Shown here: positions 1-6,189 of the stretch, piece after piece
Position numbering within the stretch: position 1 is the first letter of the stretch
Layout of the letters: each line of letters starts with the position of its first letter
NCBI GenBank assembly: GCA_048938445.1
Contig: JBHLME010000129.1
Location: 1 to 12,660, forward strand
Reading direction: 5' to 3'
Length of the DNA stretch: 12,660 bases
Origin: Promethearchaeota archaeon
Lineage (GTDB): Archaea > Asgardarchaeota > Lokiarchaeia > Sigyniarchaeales > SOKP01
The notes under the pieces: model-generated
Databases searched by the model: none
Seen by the model: the letters and a program-made list of their open reading frames with translations, nothing else
Told to the model about the DNA's origin: nothing
Program-made: the position numbers and the translations under genes

Positions 1-113
1 CAATACGCACAATATCCCTTTCTTCTATGATAAGAATGCCTTCCGCATCTTCTACAAGTTTTATGCGTTGCAGCTTTATTTTTCTTACCTTTACTTGGTG
101 TTCCCTTTCCCAT
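1..113 (-). CDS. rpl37e: 50S ribosomal protein L37e (3' end runs off the window)
   Basis: Manual translation from ATG at 113: [38 protein letters not shown]..., with the L37e KGTPS start and CRRCG...CxxC zinc ribbon. It lies directly downstream of an Lsm gene, the usual archaeal arrangement. Not in the supplied ORF track. Confidence 0.97.
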   Translation of the reverse strand, partial: MGKGTPSKGKKNKAATHKTCRRCGRHSYHRRKGYCAY

Positions 114-121
114 TTACACAA

Positions 122-128
122 TCCCCTC
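122..128 (-). promoter_or_regulatory. Shine-Dalgarno-like site for rpl37e
   Basis: Minus strand reads TAATAGAGGGGATTGTGTAAATG: GAGGGGA lies 8 nt before the ATG, just after the lsm stop. Confidence 0.6.
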
Positions 129-130
129 TA

Positions 131-469
131 TTAAAAATCCTCAAATTCTTCTCGATGCATTAATTTATCATGATCTGTATCATCTTCATCATCAACTATA
201 TGTGATAGTATAATTTTTTCCCGGTTCATTCCAACAAAAATTATACTTGCCCCTCTTATCATGACAGTTCCTAAATGCTTACTTCGTTTTCCGCCTCTAC
301 CAAAATATATCTCTTGAGCATTTTCAACTATGAGATTCATATAATTATCAAATCGCACCAATTTACCCGTGAGATATGTATTCCATATCTTTAACTTGAT
401 GTGCACCTCATCTTGTAAAATTGCTTTAGAAAGTGTTCTTGATATTGCTGGTTTAGTTTGTTGAGACAT
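131..469 (-). CDS. lsm: Sm-like (Lsm/SmAP) RNA-binding protein with acidic C-terminal extension
   Basis: Sm1 motif GKLVRFDNYMNLIV, Sm2 motif LGTVMIRGASIIFV, and synteny with rpl37e. ATG at 469 (MSQQ..., 112 aa) is preferred over the TTG at 481. Confidence 0.93.
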   Translation of the reverse strand: MSQQTKPAISRTLSKAILQDEVHIKLKIWNTYLTGKLVRFDNYMNLIVENAQEIYFGRGGKRSKHLGTVMIRGASIIFVGMNREKIILSHIVDDEDDTDHDKLMHREEFEDF

Positions 470-603
470 GAAAACAATCAATAATTATATCTATAATTAT
501 GAAGTCTAAGCATTCAAAATTTAAATATTTTTTTAAATTCTTGACCATTTTAGTACTCAAGTTATTCTCCTTTTAATAGATTTTATAATTTAGGCAGTAA
601 AAC

Positions 604-1638
604 ATGAATAAAATTGGAATAATAGATTCTGGGGTTTGTGCTCCCGAAGAAATAATCTTGGCTGCGGGATTAATACCCGTGAGATTGTTGGGGGATCCTA
701 CAATTAATGTTACCAAAGCAAATGAACATATTCCTCCCAATCATTGTGTGTGGGCAAAAAATCTACTAGAGCAAGCAATCAAGGGATTAGAAAGTGGTAT
801 TATAGGTATCATATCAATTCATGGATGTGATTGTACTAATCGAGAATTTGATATTTGGCTAGAGCAGATTAATCTCGATTTCATGTATTTTTCAAATGTT
901 CCTTTAAAACGAGACGATATTGCTTTAAAATTCTTTGTTAATGAAATCAAGGAATTAATTACCCAACTAGAAGAAAAATTTAATATTAAAATAACAGAAG
1001 AAAATCTCCGTGATGCAATTAAATTAACTAATAAAATCCGTGCTTTATTGAGAGAAATTTCTGAATTTCGAAAATCAATGAATATTAAGGGTTCTGAATT
1101 TCATGAATTAGTAAAAATGGTTCAACAGCAGGATAAAAATGAAGTCATAAGAGTATTAGAAGATAAACTTCAACAATTAAAAAATAAAGAACCATCTTTA
1201 GAAAAGAAAAAAAAAATTTTGCTTACTGGGTCTGTAATTGATGATACAGAATTCTTCAAGTTTTTAGAAAATTTAGGTTTTCAAGTAGTCATTGATGATC
1301 TATGCATAGGATCTAGATATTTTGTGAACTCGATTGATGAATCAATGAAACCGATTAAAGCTATCGCTAATTATCACTTGAAAAAACCAATATATAGTAC
1401 AAAGATTCCTTCTTTAGAGAGATTTAGTACATTAAAAGAACTCGCTGAAAAATACAATGTTGATGGAGTAATTAACATAGCTCAGAAATTTTGCGAGCCA
1501 ATTTTATATGACCATCCATTCATGAACAAAAAATTCAAGGAGATAGGATTGCCATATTTATTTGTAGAATTAGATTATAATAGAGAATCTTATAAACAAT
1601 TATCAACAAGATTCGAGGCTTTTGCCGAAATGATATAG
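604..1638 (+). CDS. 2-hydroxyacyl-CoA dehydratase / benzoyl-CoA reductase family subunit (HgdB/FldC/BcrC-like)
   Basis: PEEIILAAGLIP, NHC, GCDC..R, DDLCIGSRYF, QKFCEP and C-terminal TRFEAFAEMI match the HGD-D family [4Fe-4S] subunit. Confidence 0.9.
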   Translation: MNKIGIIDSGVCAPEEIILAAGLIPVRLLGDPTINVTKANEHIPPNHCVWAKNLLEQAIKGLESGIIGIISIHGCDCTNREFDIWLEQINLDFMYFSNVPLKRDDIALKFFVNEIKELITQLEEKFNIKITEENLRDAIKLTNKIRALLREISEFRKSMNIKGSEFHELVKMVQQQDKNEVIRVLEDKLQQLKNKEPSLEKKKKILLTGSVIDDTEFFKFLENLGFQVVIDDLCIGSRYFVNSIDESMKPIKAIANYHLKKPIYSTKIPSLERFSTLKELAEKYNVDGVINIAQKFCEPILYDHPFMNKKFKEIGLPYLFVELDYNRESYKQLSTRFEAFAEMI

Positions 1639-1643
1639 GAGGT
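1637..1643 (+). promoter_or_regulatory. Strong Shine-Dalgarno site overlapping the upstream TAG stop
   Basis: TAGGAGGTTAAAACAATG: AGGAGGT lies 7 nt before ATG 1651. Confidence 0.8.
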
Positions 1644-1650
1644 TAAAACA

Positions 1651-2916
1651 ATGTCAAATGAAATTCAAATCAAAAGTCAAATGCTAAAATCTACTTTAAA
1701 ACTTAAAAATGAATTAGGTCGACATTATTTAGCAATCGAGCAAGCTTACCGGGAAGGTAAACCTACTGCGTGGGCAACTTCAGGCACTCCTGTTGAATTG
1801 TTATACGCAATGGACGTGCAACCGATGTTACCAGAAAATTCTGCAACTATTTCTGCCGCTACAAAAAATTCACAAAGATTCATAGAAATTGCAGAGGATG
1901 AGGGATTCTCATATGATTTATGCTCATACTTTAAAACAAATATGGGAGTAACATTGAGTAATACAACAGACTTGGGTATAGGAGGTATAAAAAAGCCAAC
2001 ATTCATGCTATCTAGTGATGTTATTTGCGACACACACGTAAAATGGTTTCAAGTTCAAGCAGAGCGATATAACGTGCCACATTTCACGATTGATGTTCCC
2101 CATGTCGTAAGCAACACTTCAAACCGGCAGTGGGAGTATTACAAGAAATATATTCAAGAACAGCTCTGGGAATTCTTGGATTTTGTTACAGAAATAACCG
2201 GTCATGAATTAGTCCAGGAAAAGGCAAGGGAAGTAACGGAAAATTCTTACGAATTAGGCAAGATATGGCAAGATATCTTTGAGCTACGTAAAGTCATTCC
2301 AAGTCCCTTAAGCACCAAAGATACTTTTGGTGGGCTTTTCCCATTATTCACGATGCCTGGTCTTAAATCTCCAATTAAATTGTACAAACGAATGTATAAA
2401 GAAGCTAAAGAAAGAGTTGACAATGGTATTGGTGCATTAAATAATGAAAAATACCGATTGATGTTTGAAGGAATCCCTTTTTGGTATAATTTGAAATTCT
2501 TTAATTTTCTTGAGCAATACGGTGCGATAATTGTCTATGAACCCTATACCTATGCATTTTCAAAATTTATGAATCCTAATGTAACAAAAGAAATGCTTTT
2601 AGATAATCCAATAAAGGCCATGTCTGAAATAATGTTGAGTTTCTGGTATATTTACGATTTAAAAACCAGGATTCAAAAATTCGAAGAGACTGTGAGAGAT
2701 TGGAAGATTGATGGTGTCATTTTGCATGATAATTTATCTTGCCGTCCTAATGCGTGTGGAATGTATGATTTAAAGAAACATTTAATGGACGATTATGACA
2801 TACCCTGCCTCATAATCACGGCTGATATGAATGATCCTCGTAAACTAAACAACACTCAGGTTAGAAATAGGATAGAAAGCTTTATAGAACTATTGGAAAA
2901 ACATAAAAAAAGATAA
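1651..2916 (+). CDS. 2-hydroxyacyl-CoA dehydratase / benzoyl-CoA reductase family subunit (HgdA/FldB/BcrB-like)
   Basis: PVELLYAMD..PEN, GFSYDLCSYFK, ICDTHVKWFQ, HDNLSCRP, DMNDPR and RIESFIELL. Three Fe-S Cys are present, and it is paired with the preceding subunit. Confidence 0.9.
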   Translation: MSNEIQIKSQMLKSTLKLKNELGRHYLAIEQAYREGKPTAWATSGTPVELLYAMDVQPMLPENSATISAATKNSQRFIEIAEDEGFSYDLCSYFKTNMGVTLSNTTDLGIGGIKKPTFMLSSDVICDTHVKWFQVQAERYNVPHFTIDVPHVVSNTSNRQWEYYKKYIQEQLWEFLDFVTEITGHELVQEKAREVTENSYELGKIWQDIFELRKVIPSPLSTKDTFGGLFPLFTMPGLKSPIKLYKRMYKEAKERVDNGIGALNNEKYRLMFEGIPFWYNLKFFNFLEQYGAIIVYEPYTYAFSKFMNPNVTKEMLLDNPIKAMSEIMLSFWYIYDLKTRIQKFEETVRDWKIDGVILHDNLSCRPNACGMYDLKKHLMDDYDIPCLIITADMNDPRKLNNTQVRNRIESFIELLEKHKKR

Positions 2917-2937
2917 AAAAAATTTAAAGATTTTTTT
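2915..2937. terminator. Probable bidirectional oligo-T terminator between convergent genes
   Basis: A8 (2915-2922) and T7 (2931-2937) give a U-tract on each strand in the short gap between two convergent stops. Confidence 0.5.
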
Positions 2938-2950
2938 AATAGATCTATAT

Positions 2951-3385
2951 TTATAAATCTTCGATTAAATCCTCAAAAGCATCTAATGAAACAGCAATTA
3001 CTTCGTTAAAAGCAAGACCATCAGCAATATTTCCTTCAATAGAAATCTCTCCAGCCATATATGCTGAAGGACCATCTTTCTCCTGAAAAATTATTGCTGC
3101 TAATACGCTTAAAGGACCAATAAATTTAAAACTTGGATCATCTATCTCTCCTTCTCCGTAATCCACTGCTCCATCCTTATTAGTGAACCAATATTTTATT
3201 CCTGTTTCAGTCTCTTCGACTACTGCTTTAAAATCTGCACCTGATAATTCCTCCTTTACTTCATCATTCTCTACAGCAAGTTGCTTTAAGAGTTCCAATA
3301 CGAGTGGAAGATCGTCAGGTTTTGCTTCTGAAGATCCCGCTTCAAATTTTTCCTTTAACGTTACTAACAAATTATGATCAACCAA
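2951..3385 (-). CDS. SCP2 (sterol carrier protein 2-like) lipid/acyl-CoA-binding domain protein
   Basis: YWFTNKDGAVDYGEGEIDDPSFKF...DGPSAYMAGEISIEGNIADGLAF fits the SCP2 pattern (G..pd..f....AymxGxixieGn). TTG start preceded by GACGTGA. Confidence 0.85.
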   Translation of the reverse strand: MVDHNLLVTLKEKFEAGSSEAKPDDLPLVLELLKQLAVENDEVKEELSGADFKAVVEETETGIKYWFTNKDGAVDYGEGEIDDPSFKFIGPLSVLAAIIFQEKDGPSAYMAGEISIEGNIADGLAFNEVIAVSLDAFEDLIEDL

Positions 3386-3458
3386 TTAAATCACGTCGTT
3401 TTATTACTAATTAAATTTTATTTTGGATTTAATTAATAGTTATTATTCAATTTTAAAG

Positions 3459-3476
3459 TATATAAAACTATTCTTC
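3459..3476 (-). promoter_or_regulatory. Candidate BRE/TATA promoter of the SCP2 gene
   Basis: Minus strand GAAGAATAGT-TTTATATA: a purine-rich stretch followed by an archaeal TATA consensus about 75 nt upstream of the start. The AT-rich background limits certainty. Confidence 0.4.
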
Positions 3477-3554
3477 TAATGATAAATGAACACCGATTCA
3501 AAGAGAAAATTATTAAATAACAGAAAGAGAATATATCAAATTTATAAAGAGAAT

Positions 3555-4157
3555 TTATTTTGTCAATTTATTTTTATTTTTTAATATTTCAAGTTCAGCA
3601 AGTAACCAACAAATCTCCTCATAAGTACTCGTGGATTTTAGAATTTCCTGCATTTTCTTCTTAATCTCGTTCTCAGTAATTTTTTTATTCCCTTTTACAT
3701 ATTCCAATTGCTTTTTTGCTAAATCTCTACTTAGTTCTTCATAAGACTTACTTTTTTTGGATATTTCATGAGCTAGTAATGTTATTTCTGCTTCGAGGTC
3801 TAATTCTATTCCCGCATCTATTAATTCTTTAGTATCTTCCACTTTTAATTTCAGTTCAGACCTTCTCTGTATCTTCTGTTTTTCATCAATACCTTGTTTT
3901 AAAAGGTCCATGATTGCAAGAAACGAGCCATATTCCTTGTTTTGTTCTAAAATTTCAATTTTAAGGTTTTTTTTCTTTTTTTCATTTAAAGTTTTTGCTT
4001 TTTTTTTCCCAAAGTCGATTTTTTTTTTAGAAGCTTTTAATCCAACCCAAATATAAATTTTTTGATCATCATCAATTATAAATACTTTAGTCTCATCGAA
4101 ACCAATTTTATTAATGTTCCTTAAAGCTCCATTTTCATAAATAGTATATAGATGCAT
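3555..4157 (-). CDS. Single gelsolin/villin-like domain fused to a C-terminal tandem helical repeat
   Basis: FDETKVFIIDDDQKIYIWVGLKAS...IEILEQNKEYGSFLAIM matches the gelsolin repeat (vfIlD....iyvWvG..a ... QgxE...F). The C-terminus has two 30-aa units at 40-aa period. Start is ATG 4157 or GTG 4169. Confidence 0.8.
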   Translation of the reverse strand: MHLYTIYENGALRNINKIGFDETKVFIIDDDQKIYIWVGLKASKKKIDFGKKKAKTLNEKKKKNLKIEILEQNKEYGSFLAIMDLLKQGIDEKQKIQRRSELKLKVEDTKELIDAGIELDLEAEITLLAHEISKKSKSYEELSRDLAKKQLEYVKGNKKITENEIKKKMQEILKSTSTYEEICWLLAELEILKNKNKLTK

Positions 4158-4447
4158 TATATAATCCACATTTTTTTCATGATAATAATAAAAAAATACA
4201 GTAAAATAAACTTTTATTCTTTCAATTAATTCGAAGTATCATGATTACTTCATTTTCTCGAATATTTACCGAAAAACATAAAAATCAAAGAAACTAGTTT
4301 TTTGAATAATCAAGAAATAAATTAAAATTTAAAAAAATCAAATTAACTAAGAAATCCATTGGAATTACATTTAAATGGAACTGAGTAAAAAAACATTATT
4401 TTAGAATTTTTAGAATGCGTTAAAAAAAAGAAAGAGTGATATAATAA

Positions 4448-6049
4448 ATGAGTGATGATATGAAAATAATTAAGGAATTGACGAGATTAACTAAAAAAGA
4501 ATTTAGTACGAGGAACTATGTTGTTAGTAATGATTTTCATTCTTGTTATTATATTGAAGATGGTTCTGTGAAATATCTAGGTTTGGATTTAGAAAAATTA
4601 AACATTGATGTAGCAAATATTGATCTAATAGAAGAATCTATTAGGAAACTGCAAAATTTAATAGGATTAAGCATCAGATATCCTAAAAATAGAGATTTTC
4701 CTGAATGGTTTAAAGAATTTAAGGATATGGAAAATTTAAGTTTAATGAGAAATAATTTGAATATCATACCGGAATGGATCAAAGAATTCAAGAATCTCAT
4801 TTATTTAAACTTACAAGATAACGATATTACTATTTTACCTGAATGGCTAACAAATTTAAATGAATTAAAAGAATTTTTAATAAGAAATAACTATAACCTT
4901 GTTTGGAATGATCATAATCTTAATATTTTAAAAACTCTTTATAAAAAAAAAATAAGAGTAACAGCTCCAAGATTATTCGAGTTTATTATTCAATATGACC
5001 TTTCGAAAAACCAAATAGAATTAATTAGAGAAATAGAAAAAGAAAATACTGAGAGAGAAAAGCAACGTTTATACGTTAATCCAATTACTATGAAAATAGA
5101 AAATGGAAATGTTGTTAAATGGAGGATGTATCAATATCATTTTAAAGTTTTACCAGAAGACTTTGGAATTTTTAAGAATTTAAGATCTCTAACAATTATC
5201 AACACACCACTCGAATCCTTACCTAATTCTTTTGGAAATTTAATGAAACTTAATTTTCTTGATTTGTCTAATAATCAGCTTAAATCTCTACCAGATAATT
5301 TTTCTAATTTAACCTCAATAACTTCATTAAATTTGAGTAATAATCAATTTAGTGAGATTCCTACTGTTTTATGGGCTCTTAAAGAATTAACCGAATTAAA
5401 TCTGAGTAACAATCCCTTAAGTGATGAGGAGAAAAATATCATCCAAAAAGTTCCAGATTTAATCAGAGATTACCTAAGAAAAAAAGCTACAATAAAAATT
5501 TTTATATCTCATGCGGTTATAGATTTTGAACCATATCGCATAGATGAACTAGTAAATTTTTTAACAAAACAGAAAGAAATCTCACAAGTCTATTTTTGTG
5601 AGGCGGATCTCGCAGGAAATATCGATCAATGGATGTTAGATACAGTACAAAAATGTCAATTACTCTTATTCATCGCTACTAAAAAATCTGTTTTTGATTC
5701 AGTTGATTGTAAAAATGAATTAGAACTTGCAGATAAATTCTCTATTCCCGTTATTCCTATAAAAGGGTATGATGTAGAATGGCAAGATTTAGCAGAGAAC
5801 AATCTTTCTCGCGAATTAGGTTTAGAATTTAATAGGGATAACTTTTCTGCTTTTTGCCAGGAACTATACAAATATATTGAGAATTTCAAGCGTGAAATTG
5901 ATTTAATGGAACGAGAACAACGGAAACAAGGAATTATAGACATCTATGAGCGATTTCGATTAATTTTAGATGATAATTTTAGTGAAATTAAAAGAATAAT
6001 CAACACATTAGAAGAGAGAATTACAAAATTAGAAAATAAAGGTAATTAA
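4448..6049 (+). CDS. Soluble leucine-rich repeat + TIR domain protein with C-terminal coiled coil
   Basis: 23-aa LRRs (e.g. LNFLDLSNNQLKSLPDNFSNL, LTELNLSNNPL) occur in two blocks. TIR box-1 is IKIFISHA (from nt 5492), and SVDCKNELELA carries Glu424. The C-terminal heptads are IKRIINTLEERITKLE. No signal peptide or TM segment is visible. Confidence 0.9.
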   Translation: MSDDMKIIKELTRLTKKEFSTRNYVVSNDFHSCYYIEDGSVKYLGLDLEKLNIDVANIDLIEESIRKLQNLIGLSIRYPKNRDFPEWFKEFKDMENLSLMRNNLNIIPEWIKEFKNLIYLNLQDNDITILPEWLTNLNELKEFLIRNNYNLVWNDHNLNILKTLYKKKIRVTAPRLFEFIIQYDLSKNQIELIREIEKENTEREKQRLYVNPITMKIENGNVVKWRMYQYHFKVLPEDFGIFKNLRSLTIINTPLESLPNSFGNLMKLNFLDLSNNQLKSLPDNFSNLTSITSLNLSNNQFSEIPTVLWALKELTELNLSNNPLSDEEKNIIQKVPDLIRDYLRKKATIKIFISHAVIDFEPYRIDELVNFLTKQKEISQVYFCEADLAGNIDQWMLDTVQKCQLLLFIATKKSVFDSVDCKNELELADKFSIPVIPIKGYDVEWQDLAENNLSRELGLEFNRDNFSAFCQELYKYIENFKREIDLMEREQRKQGIIDIYERFRLILDDNFSEIKRIINTLEERITKLENKGN

Positions 6050-6189
6050 TATAATTAAATATTTTTCCCAAGCATTTATATTACCATGTTTGTTTCATTT
6101 TTATAGTTAGATTATTTAATAATCAATTTTTATTATCTTGATTATTGAAACTATAAACTATAAATTATTATTAACAAGTGATACTTATT

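Noticed and set aside
1746-2033. 95-aa minus-strand ORF
   Set aside because: Antisense shadow inside the well-supported dehydratase subunit, with no recognisable motif.
3183-3377. 64-aa Ser-rich plus-strand ORF
   Set aside because: Antisense to SCP2. Its Ser/Phe richness is the mirror of Glu/Lys codons.
3966-4028. Cluster of T7-T9 homopolymers as possible phase-variation or frameshift sites
   Set aside because: They encode poly-Lys (AAA) in an intact reading frame, and similar runs occur throughout this AT-rich window.
4157-4180. Tiny upstream ORF MKKMWII* overlapping the gelsolin ATG (TAATG), or a 1-nt homopolymer error hiding a longer N-terminus
   Set aside because: Such mini-ORFs are expected by chance in AT-rich DNA, and the gelsolin domain is already complete from ATG 4157. 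It cannot be assessed without reads.
4549-5943. Minus-strand ORFs 4549-4800 and 5656-5943
   Set aside because: Antisense shadows of the LRR-TIR gene, with no independent evidence.
4448-6049. Calling the LRR-TIR protein a true Toll-like receptor, an NLR or a Thoeris system
   Set aside because: There is no signal peptide, TM helix or Cys-rich LRR caps, no NB-ARC/NACHT P-loop, and no ThsA-like partner in the window. Only the domain order is shared.
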